A stretch of 64,000 bases of DNA, taken from IMG/VR virus record IMGVR_UViG_3300010430_000005, positions 83,467-147,466 of that record; one strand, written 5' to 3'. The translations under genes and the position numbers were made by a program. This document shows, piece by piece, positions 35,276-45,510 of the stretch. Under the pieces are notes generated by a model. It had not been told where the DNA came from and searched no databases. It saw only the letters and a list, made by a program, of their open reading frames with translations. Origin of the DNA: a virus. Lineage: Duplodnaviria > Heunggongvirae > Uroviricota > Caudoviricetes. Numbering within the stretch: position 1 is the stretch's first letter; the number at the start of each line of letters is the position of its first letter.

Positions 35276-35425
35276 ATGGATAAGCGTATAGCTTACGAAG
35301 ATGGTGTCGCAGCCTGGAAATTTGGTCTTGTGCTTTCCGATTGTCCGTATGAAGACGACGAGTACCAAAAATATTGGACAGACGGATATATCGATGCCAA
35401 GGAAAAGGAAAAGGAAAAATCATAA
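35276..35425 (+). CDS. Rmf/CrpP-fold-like small protein
   Basis: 49 aa, AYEDG.A...G.....CPY.......W..GY; AAGGAG SD; missed by ORF track. Confidence 0.6.
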   Translation: MDKRIAYEDGVAAWKFGLVLSDCPYEDDEYQKYWTDGYIDAKEKEKEKS

Positions 35426-36144
35426 TGAGTGTGGCGAAAAAGAAAATCGAATTGGTCAACTTTTCTGATCTTGCGCGAGAAGTTGCTGGGATCACAGGCA
35501 AAAGTGTACGATGGGCATATGAGAAAAAAGACAAAGGATTCATCGACACGATTAAGATGGGAAACAATTATTATATTACCTCGGATACATATAATAAAGT
35601 CATTGACGGCGCAAAGAAAACAGGTCTAATCGGAAATAGTCGCCCCAAACGAGGCGGAGTTTGTATCAATAAGCTATGTCGAGATTTGGATGTTTCTCAA
35701 ACCGAAATGGCGGAAATCTTGTATGACGCAAAACTGCCTTTCAGCAAAAAACAAGAAGGGCTATTCGTTAATAACGATAATGTAAAAGATGTCTATTCGG
35801 CATTTGCTAAACATAAAGATTATATCCTTGTTCAAGACTTCGCCAAAGAACGCGGAATTGACGAAAGCACTGTATTCAAATGGCGCAAACGAGACCTGCT
35901 TGATATCCACAAACTGGGAACTAAGAGTTATCTAGATAAACCCACATATGATCGACTTATGCGCGTCAACGACGCAACATTGTCAGAATTCATCGAGTCT
36001 AATAAGGTAGATAGTGACCCTCAAACCTCTATGGATTTTTCCGCTAATGTTGCAGATATTATGGTTGAGAAATACCTAAATGCGCAGTCAGAACTCGAAA
36101 GGTTTGAGCTGTTTAGGGCTGTAGCACATAAGGCATATGGATAA
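35425..36144 (+). CDS. DNA-binding protein with about three tandem HTH (MerR/Xis-like) units
   Basis: repeats such as VQDFAKERGIDESTVFKWRKRDLL; TAATG coupling. Confidence 0.65.
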   Translation: MSVAKKKIELVNFSDLAREVAGITGKSVRWAYEKKDKGFIDTIKMGNNYYITSDTYNKVIDGAKKTGLIGNSRPKRGGVCINKLCRDLDVSQTEMAEILYDAKLPFSKKQEGLFVNNDNVKDVYSAFAKHKDYILVQDFAKERGIDESTVFKWRKRDLLDIHKLGTKSYLDKPTYDRLMRVNDATLSEFIESNKVDSDPQTSMDFSANVADIMVEKYLNAQSELERFELFRAVAHKAYG

Positions 36145-37082
36145 TGGGCAGTAGAATTACCGGCGGTGTTTTAGAACACGATGATATGACTAAAAACGCT
36201 AGGGGTGGGACCGAACTCCTAGCAGAACGACTTGTTGGTATCATCGACCCTGATATGATGTCACAATACCAAATACATTTGTCCAGAACAACGTCAAAGG
36301 ACGACACGAAGAAACAAATTCTCTGGGCTCATGATCTTGCGACAGACCCTGCTGTGTCTCACCTGAAAGATGGTGGGTGGCAAGAATACGATAAGATTGT
36401 TTTTGTGTCTCACTGGCAACAAGAAATGTTCAATCTATACCTGGGAGTCCCTTACTCTCACGGTGTAGTCATAGAAAATTTTATAGATCCTATAGATAAC
36501 CACACTAAGCCAAATGACAAGATACGACTAGTTTACTTCTCTACGCCCCATAGGGGTCTGGCTATACTATATCCCGTATTTGATGCGCTTAGTAAACTAT
36601 ATCCTAACGAGCTTGAGCTACGAGTGTTCTCGTCGTTTGATTTGTATGGGTGGGAAGATCGCGATAAGCCTTTCAAAGATCTTTTCGAAAAACTTGAATC
36701 GCACCCTGACATTGTGTATTCTAAATCTGTACCTAACGAACAAATCCGAGAAGAATTGAAGGAATGTCACGTTTTTGCTTATCCGTCTACGTGGCAAGAA
36801 ACATCTTGCCTGTGTCTAATAGAAGCCATGTCGGCAGGTCTGTCTTGTGTCCATTCTTCCTACGGCGCTTTGCCAGAAACATCTGGTGGCATCACTAGTA
36901 TGTACTCTTACGAAGAAGACCATAATATTCACGCGAATAAACTTTTCAACACTTTACAACGGTGTATAGAGCATATAAAAACACATGGTGTTAGCAACGA
37001 CGGGGTAAAAAACATAGCAGACTATAGATTCAACACAAAAAAAGCTAAAGAAAAATGGGAATATATCCTTTCTAGCCTATAA
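36144..37082 (+). CDS. GT-B (GT4-like) glycosyltransferase
   Basis: WAHD, VFVS.WQ, YFSTPHRGL, FAYPSTWQETSC...IEAMSAG. Confidence 0.88.
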   Translation: MGSRITGGVLEHDDMTKNARGGTELLAERLVGIIDPDMMSQYQIHLSRTTSKDDTKKQILWAHDLATDPAVSHLKDGGWQEYDKIVFVSHWQQEMFNLYLGVPYSHGVVIENFIDPIDNHTKPNDKIRLVYFSTPHRGLAILYPVFDALSKLYPNELELRVFSSFDLYGWEDRDKPFKDLFEKLESHPDIVYSKSVPNEQIREELKECHVFAYPSTWQETSCLCLIEAMSAGLSCVHSSYGALPETSGGITSMYSYEEDHNIHANKLFNTLQRCIEHIKTHGVSNDGVKNIADYRFNTKKAKEKWEYILSSL

Positions 37083-37108
37083 ATAATTAAAAGGCTTAGG
37101 AGGTTGGA

Positions 37109-37366
37109 GTGGGCAACAAAATATTCATGTATTTCGAAAGAATCGGAATAGCACTTTCTGTATTGTTAAACGTGATAACGGGAGGTTATAGTAACCAAAC
37201 GTTATCCGCTAGGATGTATGGCAGGAAGCGAGATGGTAAATGGAATATTGTATGCATTATAGACTATATGTTTTACGTGTTGTTCGATCAAGAAGACCAC
37301 TGTATGATGAGTTGGACATATTGGCGCTGTAGAAAACACTACGGCTGGAAAAATGAAAGTAAATGA
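37109..37366 (+). CDS. small phage protein (ALSVLLN..GG..NQTLSAR..HC)
   Basis: motif; late promoter TATAAATA 37078-37085. Confidence 0.75.
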   Translation: MGNKIFMYFERIGIALSVLLNVITGGYSNQTLSARMYGRKRDGKWNIVCIIDYMFYVLFDQEDHCMMSWTYWRCRKHYGWKNESK

Positions 37367-37378
37367 AGGAGCAATATA

Positions 37379-37645
37379 ATGGCGAAAAAAGGCGGTAAAT
37401 CGAAGGGCGAAGTGTCTGCAGGAATTCACAGTAATGTGAAAAAATCTACACTTCGTGATATGCGTGCCCAACGAACTGTGATTCAAAAATGGCTAGACCT
37501 TAAGGCGGCTTGGCAAAAAGGCAAAAACCCTTGGCTTACTATCGAAAACCCAGATAAAAGCGAAACGAACAAGAAGTTCATTAGGGTTCGCGCTAACGAA
37601 CATTGGGGTTCTTACAAAGCAAAGAATCAAGTAAAGAGTGCGTAA
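37379..37645 (+). CDS. basic conserved T4-like protein
   Basis: AW.KGKNPWLTIENP..TNKKFIRVRA. Confidence 0.75.
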   Translation: MAKKGGKSKGEVSAGIHSNVKKSTLRDMRAQRTVIQKWLDLKAAWQKGKNPWLTIENPDKSETNKKFIRVRANEHWGSYKAKNQVKSA

Positions 37646-37903
37646 ATGATAGAAATTTATGGTAAGGACTCTTGCCCTTGGTGCGACAGAGCCAAGAACT
37701 TATGTGATTCTTATGGCTTAAAATACATCTATAAGAATGTAAGTTTGGACGAAAAATTGAAGAAAGAACTTCTGTCGAAAAAACCTGACACCAAAACCGT
37801 ACCGCAAATTTGGTGGTACGGAGAACACATAGGCGGCTACGAAGATCTAGCCAAAGCATTTGAAGATCGCAATATTAGCGATTGCGGTAATGGTACACTT
37901 TGA
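37646..37903 (+). CDS. glutaredoxin
   Basis: CPWC, TVPQIW, HIGGY. Confidence 0.92.
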   Translation: MIEIYGKDSCPWCDRAKNLCDSYGLKYIYKNVSLDEKLKKELLSKKPDTKTVPQIWWYGEHIGGYEDLAKAFEDRNISDCGNGTL

Positions 37904-37912
37904 GGAATAATA

Positions 37913-38131
37913 ATGAAAATTACGCGAAAAAGCGCAATCTCGGGTCTGACTCGGACAAAGTACATCAATGTGGATCCTGTGGATGTTGCAAAATGGCAAA
38001 GTGGGTTTTCGATCTATGATGCTATGCCATACTTGAGCGATTCTGATCGAGAATTTATTTTGGTCGGTGTCACCCAAGATGAATGGGACGAAGCCTTTCG
38101 AAGGGGTGTCTCAGAATTAGTAACGGCATAG
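37913..38131 (+). CDS. conserved small phage protein
   Basis: AMPYLS..DREFI..G.T..EWD. Confidence 0.75.
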   Translation: MKITRKSAISGLTRTKYINVDPVDVAKWQSGFSIYDAMPYLSDSDREFILVGVTQDEWDEAFRRGVSELVTA

Positions 38132-38181
38132 GTTGCATAAATAACTGGGAGTAATTATTATTCCCAGTTATAAGGAATACC

Positions 38182-38418
38182 ATGGCACAAACCAAAAAAA
38201 TTTTTTTAGAAAACCCTTATGATATGGAAACATATCTAGAATCGCTTAATATAGCTACACTGTTGAATAAAGAGTATATTTTTATGGACAGGTTCGTAGC
38301 CGGCATTAGGTTAGACCCGTTAATAGACGTTACTGATTTGTGTTATAAAATTCTTACAGAACTGGAATTGATACTTGTCTCTTCGTATGATCTGACTAAT
38401 TTTACCAACAACAAATAG
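38182..38418 (+). CDS. hypothetical protein
   Basis: AAGGAA SD; CATAAATA upstream. Confidence 0.6.
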   Translation: MAQTKKIFLENPYDMETYLESLNIATLLNKEYIFMDRFVAGIRLDPLIDVTDLCYKILTELELILVSSYDLTNFTNNK

Positions 38419-38419
38419 G

Positions 38420-38776
38420 ATGTTTATGAGCGATAATGTAGTTATATTCCCAAAATTAAAAAAAGATACACTTCCTCAAACTAAAGAAGAGATAACTTCG
38501 AAAGTTGCAGAAAAAAGAACCGAATACGCCAGGATGGTAGCCGAAGATTTGTCTTTCGGGGTTGTGGAAAAAATACTTAAAGAGGGTATGTCTTTTGATG
38601 ACCCTAAAGTGGCAGCGAATTTGATGTTGATGTTCGGTGTCATTGAATCTATATGTATGAGGTGTATAGGTCAAGAACATGAGGTAAGTGATCTAGCAGA
38701 CAACGTTGTGGAAATAAATGACCATAGAGCATTGATAGACGAGGTCCTAGATTACCTTAGTGAAGAAATACCTTAA
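38420..38776 (+). CDS. hypothetical T4-like protein preceding rnh
   Basis: NVVIFPK N-term; synteny. Confidence 0.7.
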   Translation: MFMSDNVVIFPKLKKDTLPQTKEEITSKVAEKRTEYARMVAEDLSFGVVEKILKEGMSFDDPKVAANLMLMFGVIESICMRCIGQEHEVSDLADNVVEINDHRALIDEVLDYLSEEIP

Positions 38777-38788
38777 CGGAGAAATATT

Positions 38789-39646
38789 ATGATTTTAGTA
38801 GACTATAATCAGGTGGTTATAGCAACTCTTTTTGCATCTATAGGTAATCACCATGATGTGGATGTTGACGAAGACCTTCTTAGGCATATGATACTTAACA
38901 GTATCCGAGCCATAAACAACAAATTCAAAAACGAATACGGAAATCTTGTTATATGCGCAGATGGTAGAAACTCTTGGCGCAAAAGCTATTTTCCCTACTA
39001 CAAAGCCTCCAGAAAAAAGAATCGGGAAGAATCAGAAATAAACTGGGAGCATGTATTTTCTGCTCTAAATAATGTCAGAAATGAACTTATAGAATTCTTC
39101 CCATATAAAGTCCTGCACTTTGAGAATGCAGAAGCAGATGACTGCATAGGGGCTCTATGTCACGAATACGGTGCGTTGCTAGGAGACGGGCAAGAAAAGA
39201 TATTGATTGTTTCTAGTGATAAAGACTACATTCAATTGCAGAAATATTCTAATGTCAACCAATACGACAATATTCGCAACAGGTGGTTGACTAACTCGGA
39301 CCCCGACCAGTACCTTGTGGAACACGTTCTGAAAGGTGACAGAGGAGACGGTATACCTAATATCCTTTCTTCCGATGACTGTATTGTCGCAGGTGTTCGC
39401 ATGAAACCAATGACCAAAAAGCGAATCGAAGAATACGGCGACCCTAGCAACATAACCGACGAAACAATTCTTAAAAACTATAACCGAAATAAACTGATGA
39501 TCGATCTGGCTATGATACCTGAAGACATCTATAATGCAATTATCGAAGAATACAAAAACCAAAAAGTAGTTGGCAGGGATAAATTGTTCAGTTATTTTGT
39601 ATCGAAGAAACTCAAGAACCTACTTACAGATATAGGAGACTTTTAA
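38789..39646 (+). CDS. rnh: T4-type RNase H (5'-3' exonuclease)
   Basis: ILVDYNQ, WRK.YFPYYKA.R, EADD.IG, SSDKD, GD.GDGIPN. Confidence 0.95.
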   Translation: MILVDYNQVVIATLFASIGNHHDVDVDEDLLRHMILNSIRAINNKFKNEYGNLVICADGRNSWRKSYFPYYKASRKKNREESEINWEHVFSALNNVRNELIEFFPYKVLHFENAEADDCIGALCHEYGALLGDGQEKILIVSSDKDYIQLQKYSNVNQYDNIRNRWLTNSDPDQYLVEHVLKGDRGDGIPNILSSDDCIVAGVRMKPMTKKRIEEYGDPSNITDETILKNYNRNKLMIDLAMIPEDIYNAIIEEYKNQKVVGRDKLFSYFVSKKLKNLLTDIGDF

Positions 39647-39648
39647 CA

Positions 39649-40092
39649 GTGGCTAAAAAATCTATAGGCGAAATCGTTTTCGAGGCAGCCGAGATGAAAA
39701 ACCGCAAAGACAAGATCGAATGGCTACAAAAATGGGACAACCAAGCCATTCGAATCGTATTGAAATATATGTACGATAAGAATATTAAATTTCTTATCCC
39801 CGATACTCCGCCCCCATATAAGCCTTCAGAATTCCACGACATTGAAGGCATGATGTATAAAGAAGCACGTCGTCTTCGTATATTCGTAGAAGGTGGCGGC
39901 TACGACAATCTCAACCAATTGAAGCGGGAGTCTTTGTTTATCTCTCTCCTTCAAGATGTGGATAAAAGAGACGCGAAACTTTTGTGTGCGATGATAACAA
40001 AAAAAGCCTTGAAGGGTTTGCCTAAAAGTGTTATTAATGAAGCGTACCCGGGACTAATTGAAGAAGTAGCTAATGAGGAAAAAAGTGGCTAA
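39649..40092 (+). CDS. conserved T4-like protein downstream of rnh (DUF6433-like)
   Basis: F..P...PPYKP..L..E.RRL..F..KRE.LFI.LL. Confidence 0.75.
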   Translation: MAKKSIGEIVFEAAEMKNRKDKIEWLQKWDNQAIRIVLKYMYDKNIKFLIPDTPPPYKPSEFHDIEGMMYKEARRLRIFVEGGGYDNLNQLKRESLFISLLQDVDKRDAKLLCAMITKKALKGLPKSVINEAYPGLIEEVANEEKSG

Positions 40093-40246
40093 AAAATCTT
40101 ATCGCAAATTTCGTACAGAATTTGAAGACGAATGGGGCGACGATGATGAGAATATTCGCCGTAAAAACGACAAATTGAAATCTCGAAGAGATAAACGTCG
40201 AGATAAGAATAAGGATCGTTACGGTTTTGATGAGGATACCGAATGA
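40085..40246 (+). CDS. small charged protein
   Basis: GTG start, GAGG SD, coupled to next gene. Confidence 0.55.
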   Translation: MAKKSYRKFRTEFEDEWGDDDENIRRKNDKLKSRRDKRRDKNKDRYGFDEDTE

Positions 40247-40848
40247 GACGTAATTTGTATGAGGATGTTATTTTAACAGACATCGACGGTGTTGTACTTA
40301 ATTGGGTGCATAGTTTTGACCAACTAGCTACCCTGAACGGTTTGCAATGTGTGGTATATGACCAATATAGCATCCATAAGCGGTATGGCATTTCTCCCGA
40401 GCTTTCTAAAAGGTTGGTGGATGACCACAACAACGGCCCTAGGGTCGGGAACATTAAACCATTGCGAGATGCGGTAAAATACATTCGCATGTTGCACGAA
40501 GAGTTTGGTTATGTATTCCACGGAATAACCGCTTTGTCTCCCACATCCGAAAATTACAAGTACAGGCGAGAAAACCTGGATAGGCTATTCGGTGAAGGTG
40601 TTTTTGAAAAGATTGTATTGACAGACAATTCCGAAGCTAAAGATGGTGTGTTGGAAGATTACAAAGATACCTCTTGTTTGTGGGTTGAAGATCTTTCTGA
40701 AGCTGCACATATGGGAATTAAGCATGGGCTTAGGCCCGTACTTATGAAACAACTTTGGAATCAAGATGACATTCTATATCCCGAAGTGAGTAGGGTAAAC
40801 TCTTGGAAAGAAATTTACCAAATGGTTAAGGACGAAGCCACGTTTTAA
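40243..40848 (+). CDS. HAD-family 5'(3')-nucleotidase-like protein
   Basis: LTDIDGV, WVED. Confidence 0.85.
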   Translation: MRRNLYEDVILTDIDGVVLNWVHSFDQLATLNGLQCVVYDQYSIHKRYGISPELSKRLVDDHNNGPRVGNIKPLRDAVKYIRMLHEEFGYVFHGITALSPTSENYKYRRENLDRLFGEGVFEKIVLTDNSEAKDGVLEDYKDTSCLWVEDLSEAAHMGIKHGLRPVLMKQLWNQDDILYPEVSRVNSWKEIYQMVKDEATF

Positions 40849-40927
40849 AATATAGGGTAGGTCTAATAACCTACCCTTATAGGCATTATAAATAACTTTG
40901 TAGAATAAATTTTTGCAAAGGACTATT

Positions 40928-41161
40928 ATGCCTATATATTCAATGAAGAACACCGAAACAGGTGAAGAATTTGAAATAGTTTTGAGTATGGCCGAAAGAG
41001 AGTCGTACCTGTCAGAAAATACCCATATAATACAACAGTTTAAGAAATTTCCGGGAATCTGTGACCCGGTTAGAATCGGTGTACATAAGACCGATTCAAA
41101 TTTTCGTGATGTTCTCCACAAAGCAAAATCAGCTCATGCGGGGTCAACCATAGAAACTTAA
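40928..41161 (+). CDS. FmdB-like small protein
   Basis: MPIY..K...TGE.F; late promoter 40887-40894. Confidence 0.7.
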   Translation: MPIYSMKNTETGEEFEIVLSMAERESYLSENTHIIQQFKKFPGICDPVRIGVHKTDSNFRDVLHKAKSAHAGSTIET

Positions 41162-41177
41162 ACAAACAGATGAGGTA

Positions 41178-41912
41178 TTGATGTCATCAAAACGCCGTTC
41201 ACGCAAATCAAAAAAACAAGTAGAGCGCGGAGCAAAGTGTATTCTAAATAGTAATTTTGGAATGTGCGAGATATTCCCTTCTACAAAGAATCAAGAAAAA
41301 GTATTCGAGTTTTACGATAGCGGAAAAAACATCGTACTGCACGGCAGTGCGGGGACAGGTAAAACTTTCTTATCGCTTTATTTAGCACTTAAAGATGTAT
41401 TTGAAGGGGGCGAATATAACAAAGTCGTAATAGTTCGCTCGGCTGTCCAGACTAGAGACCAAGGTTTCATGCCAGGAAACGGTCAAGAGAAAGAGGCTTA
41501 TTACGAGGCACCATATGTTGGTCTTGTTAATGAGTTGTTCGGTAGGGGCGATGCGCACGAAATACTAAAGAAGAAGAAAATTGTTTCGTTTACAACCACA
41601 TCATTCATCAGAGGCTTAACATACGATAATGCTATTGTTATAGTCGACGAATGCCAGTCTATGTCAGCACATGAACTAGACACAGTAATAACAAGAGTCG
41701 GCAAGAATAGTAAAATCTTGTTTTGTGGAGATACAGCACAGGATGACCTAATAAAATCTAAACACGATAAGTCGGGTCTATCTGTCTTTATGCGTATATT
41801 GGAAGATGTCCCTAGTTTCGAAAGGGTAAATTTTACCTGCGATGATATTGTTAGGTCTGGTCTTGTTAAAGATTACATAAAAGCCAAAGAAAAAGCAGGC
41901 GTGGTAATATAA
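41178..41912 (+). CDS. phoH: PhoH-like ATPase
   Basis: GSAGTGKT, IRG.T, VDECQ, CGD..Q.DL, DIVRSGLV. Confidence 0.95.
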   Translation: MMSSKRRSRKSKKQVERGAKCILNSNFGMCEIFPSTKNQEKVFEFYDSGKNIVLHGSAGTGKTFLSLYLALKDVFEGGEYNKVVIVRSAVQTRDQGFMPGNGQEKEAYYEAPYVGLVNELFGRGDAHEILKKKKIVSFTTTSFIRGLTYDNAIVIVDECQSMSAHELDTVITRVGKNSKILFCGDTAQDDLIKSKHDKSGLSVFMRILEDVPSFERVNFTCDDIVRSGLVKDYIKAKEKAGVVI

Positions 41913-41922
41913 GGAGAAGAAT

Positions 41923-42225
41923 ATGCCCGAGATAGCTAGAGGAAACCAAACAGACACAGTTTCTACAGGACACGGGTGTGACAGTACGACAACAACGGAC
42001 ACTTGCTCTGCTAAGGTCTTTGTTAACGGTATAGGCGTTGTCAGAGAAGGCGACACCAACACCGTACATACTGTACCCTCTGGGGCGGTTTGTGTGCCTC
42101 ACACTGTTGCTCTATCTACGTTTTCTTCGAAGGTTTTCGTGGAAGGTCTCGGCATAGGAAGAAAAGGCGATGGGTATGGTTCTGAGGTTATTACCTCAGG
42201 ATCAGCCCAAGCATACGCAGGTTGA
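41923..42225 (+). CDS. PAAR-like spike tip protein (gp5.4-like)
   Basis: GHGC..VFVNG...REGD..H..GS..VF..G..R.GD. Confidence 0.85.
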   Translation: MPEIARGNQTDTVSTGHGCDSTTTTDTCSAKVFVNGIGVVREGDTNTVHTVPSGAVCVPHTVALSTFSSKVFVEGLGIGRKGDGYGSEVITSGSAQAYAG

Positions 42226-42226
42226 T

Positions 42227-42895
42227 ATGTTTAGACACGTACCCAATAAAGTTTCTTTGCCTGAATTAGAGTGCGAAACTAAGGATACTGGAAGAGTATA
42301 CATAACGCCAGAAGGAAATATTTATCCTTCTATAACGACTGTCCTTGGTGCTAAACCTAAAGACGGGTTAGACGAATGGCGTAAAAGAGTTGGTAGTGCC
42401 GAAGCAGATAAAGTCCTAAGACAGGCCGGCGTCAGAGGCACTATTATTCACCAAATGGCCGAAGATTACCTGAATAATAAACCGGACTGGGCACAAGGTG
42501 CGATGCCGGTCAATATGTTCACATTCAATTCCATAAAGCCCATACTAGATAGATCTGTCGATAACATATGGGCTCAAGAAGTTCCTCTTTACAGTGACAG
42601 ATTTAAGATTGCGGGTAGAGTGGATTGCATAGCAGAGTTTGACGGTGTGTTGTCTGTCATCGACTTCAAAACATCTCGAAAAGAGAAAAAGAGAGAATGG
42701 ATAACCGACTACTTTAGGCAAGCCGCATTTTATGCTGCAGCATTTTACGAAAGAACAGGTGTCGCCATTAAGCAATCCGCTATCATCATGTCTGTAGATG
42801 ACGGAAATCCGTTAGTGTTTAGACAAGGTACGTTCGAATATCTTGACGGTCTGGTAGAAGCAAGAAACTATTACAAAAAAGTAAGAGGCATATAA
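42227..42895 (+). CDS. PD-(D/E)xK exonuclease (Cas4-like phage nuclease)
   Basis: YPSITTVL, RGT.IH, E..LYS, AGRVDC, VIDFKTS. Confidence 0.9.
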   Translation: MFRHVPNKVSLPELECETKDTGRVYITPEGNIYPSITTVLGAKPKDGLDEWRKRVGSAEADKVLRQAGVRGTIIHQMAEDYLNNKPDWAQGAMPVNMFTFNSIKPILDRSVDNIWAQEVPLYSDRFKIAGRVDCIAEFDGVLSVIDFKTSRKEKKREWITDYFRQAAFYAAAFYERTGVAIKQSAIIMSVDDGNPLVFRQGTFEYLDGLVEARNYYKKVRGI

Positions 42896-42906
42896 TAGGA
42901 GATACT

Positions 42907-43248
42907 ATGCAATTCATTAGTGTGAATGAACACAAATACGTTATTATGGACGCCATAGTTACAAACCACAAGGGCGTCAATGAATATTGTCTCACGTTTA
43001 CATTCTTCGAAGAATACCCCGATGGTGCTAACAATAAAGGGTTTACTCTAGATACTGGAATCTACGGAACGAGTATCTGTGATTTATTTATGAAAGTCAA
43101 ACAAATTTCGTACACCGGAATGTTAGATGAACTAGAAGTAGCTTCTATAGGTATTGTCATAGACAGCACCACAGGGGACAAGGTAGAAGATATCGACTGG
43201 AATCAATGCGAACAGTTGGTGTCAGGCGAGGCGTACAATATCCATTAA
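42907..43248 (+). CDS. hypothetical protein
   Basis: AGGAG SD. Confidence 0.65.
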   Translation: MQFISVNEHKYVIMDAIVTNHKGVNEYCLTFTFFEEYPDGANNKGFTLDTGIYGTSICDLFMKVKQISYTGMLDELEVASIGIVIDSTTGDKVEDIDWNQCEQLVSGEAYNIH

Positions 43249-43312
43249 AAAGGTGTAGACACACTAAAGAAGTTCACTTATAACTATGGCATACACAAGG
43301 AGATAAAACACT

Positions 43313-43840
43313 ATGATGTATGATCGTAACGGACTTCAACTTTCACCCGCAGACAACACTCTTAACTCGTACCGTAACACTTCTGTTGACCTTAAGCGCG
43401 GTGTGTATAACGCGTATGCCCGGGCAGCGTATCGCGGAAAAAATGTTTGGAGCATGTACACTATCGGAAAATTTAAAGATCCTCGCGATGCGGCATTTGT
43501 GGCGCAAGAATTCGAACAGACCCACGATAAAGAGTTCGTCCGCCAAATGACCACAGACGGTCTTTGGGCAGAATACGCTAAAGAGTTTGCCGAGAAAATT
43601 GACATTCCGGTCTGGAGCTTTCCTGCCGAAGGTCTTCTGATTGAAGACATTAAAAACGACTACGGGTATAAACAGAACTACGTCTCCGACGCGAAAGCAG
43701 CATTGGTAGAAGCGCTGAAAGTGTTTGGTGTCACACCCCCTGCTCTCAAAGAAGTACCTAGTTTCATCAAAAAAGTCGAAAAATATTATGAAATGGGCCT
43801 CTCCTATCGAGAAGCCGCAAAGAAAGTAATCGGAGCATAA
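43313..43840 (+). CDS. hypothetical protein with AP2-like segment
   Basis: Y.A....IGKFKDPRDAAFVA. Confidence 0.6.
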   Translation: MMYDRNGLQLSPADNTLNSYRNTSVDLKRGVYNAYARAAYRGKNVWSMYTIGKFKDPRDAAFVAQEFEQTHDKEFVRQMTTDGLWAEYAKEFAEKIDIPVWSFPAEGLLIEDIKNDYGYKQNYVSDAKAALVEALKVFGVTPPALKEVPSFIKKVEKYYEMGLSYREAAKKVIGA

Positions 43841-44946
43841 TGAATTTAACAGAACAACAAGGCAAAGCAATTGCTGAAGTGACCAATTGGCTAAAGCATC
43901 TTTCGAAAAAGAAGCAGATATTTAGGCTGTTTGGTTACGCAGGAACCGGCAAGACTACTATTGCGAAGTATCTAGCAGACAATACAGAAACAAAGGTGGT
44001 CTATGCCGCATTTACAGGTAAAGCAGCACTGATGATGGCCAAAAAAGGTTGTCGCGGTGCGTCTACTATCCATAGTCTAATATACAAGACGGAAGAAAAA
44101 GCTGATGGTAGTGTAAAGTTTATCATCAACAAAAACAGTCCGATTAAGTATTCTGACATCGTAGTGATTGACGAATGCTCTATGGTGAATGAGGAGTTAG
44201 CCAAAGACATTATGTCTTTTCGGAAGCCTATTCTGGTTATTGGAGATCCGGCCCAGCTGGCCCCCGTGAAAGGTACCGGTTTTTTCACCAATGCCGAACC
44301 AGATTTTCTACTTACAGAAATTCACCGGCAAGCCAAAGATAACCCTGTACTATACCTAGCAACTAGAGTAAGAGAAGGCATGTCAATTGACGTCGGAACT
44401 TATGGCGAAAGTAGAGTCGCTTCTATTGGCAAAGTGACTGAAAGTGATATTATTCAAGCGGATCAAATCTTAGTAGGGAAGAATAACACTCGAATTTCGC
44501 TCAACAAATTTGTCAGAGCCCACAAAGGCTTTCCGGGAGTTTTTCCTTTGAAAGGCGATAAGTTGGTTTGTCTTAGAAACGATAATACTATGGGCATTTT
44601 TAACGGTGGTATATTCAATGTTTCTGCCGATAGTATGCCCGCAAGGTCGAAGAAGGGGTGTACTCTTATTCCGGTTACTAGCGAAGATTTCCCTAACAGA
44701 CCAGCTATATCTGTAAAGGTTCGAGATGAGTTCTTTAACGGTGATCCTAATACTGTAGATTGGCGAATACTGAAAGACACACAGCAATTCGATTACGGTT
44801 ACGCTTTGACTACACATAAATCACAAGGATCTCAGTGGGAAAATGTTATGATTTTTGACGAAAGTAATGTTTTCCGAGAACAATCTAGAGAATGGCTTTA
44901 TACAGCACTAACGCGTGCTAGCGAAAAGGTGACATTGGTAAGATGA
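43840..44946 (+). CDS. SF1B RecD/Dda-like helicase
   Basis: GYAGTGKT, AFTGKAA, VIDECSM, GDPAQL, EIHRQ, YALTTHKSQGS, YTALTRA. Confidence 0.93.
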   Translation: MNLTEQQGKAIAEVTNWLKHLSKKKQIFRLFGYAGTGKTTIAKYLADNTETKVVYAAFTGKAALMMAKKGCRGASTIHSLIYKTEEKADGSVKFIINKNSPIKYSDIVVIDECSMVNEELAKDIMSFRKPILVIGDPAQLAPVKGTGFFTNAEPDFLLTEIHRQAKDNPVLYLATRVREGMSIDVGTYGESRVASIGKVTESDIIQADQILVGKNNTRISLNKFVRAHKGFPGVFPLKGDKLVCLRNDNTMGIFNGGIFNVSADSMPARSKKGCTLIPVTSEDFPNRPAISVKVRDEFFNGDPNTVDWRILKDTQQFDYGYALTTHKSQGSQWENVMIFDESNVFREQSREWLYTALTRASEKVTLVR

Positions 44947-45290
44947 ATACAAACGAAACAATAACGGTTTTTTCTGCTCTTGTGCAGGTAATATTTATGG
45001 TGTTGGTGGGTTATGGTTTTTTGTGGGCTGTTTATCTGTTAATCGCACTAATATTGACGAATTCTGCATTGACAATGCTAGAATTGTTTGTTATATCTTA
45101 CAACAGGGGAAGTATAGACGTAGAAAGTCAGATACCTAAAAGATTGGCATTTTTGCAAAGCGCGGTTGTGTTGGCTTCTACAGTAACAGTGTATGTTAGC
45201 GGTTATGCACTTATCGCAGGATTTGCAGGTTTTTCGACTATATTCAACGCATTGCTTAGCTTTGTGCCCGAAAAAGAAAAACAAGACTAG
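44943..45290 (+). CDS. membrane protein
   Basis: about four hydrophobic segments. Confidence 0.7.
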   Translation: MNTNETITVFSALVQVIFMVLVGYGFLWAVYLLIALILTNSALTMLELFVISYNRGSIDVESQIPKRLAFLQSAVVLASTVTVYVSGYALIAGFAGFSTIFNALLSFVPEKEKQD

Positions 45291-45301
45291 GATAAATACC
45301 G

Positions 45302-45490
45302 ATGCTGAAAGCAGTTTTTAATTTGGTCGACTCGGAAAAGGTCGATAGGATTAAATCGAAATACGAATATTGGGAAGAGTGGTCAGGTAGTCGATTTATT
45401 AGGCGACTTAACCCCAACCCAACTAAAGAAACAGTTGCAGGATCCGTGTGTGTTTCTGACCCTGTAACCGGAGAATGGAAAGCACTTTAA
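45302..45490 (+). CDS. small hypothetical protein
   Basis: ORF between genes. Confidence 0.55.
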   Translation: MLKAVFNLVDSEKVDRIKSKYEYWEEWSGSRFIRRLNPNPTKETVAGSVCVSDPVTGEWKAL

Positions 45491-45510
45491 TTATTATGGA
45501 GAATATTGAA

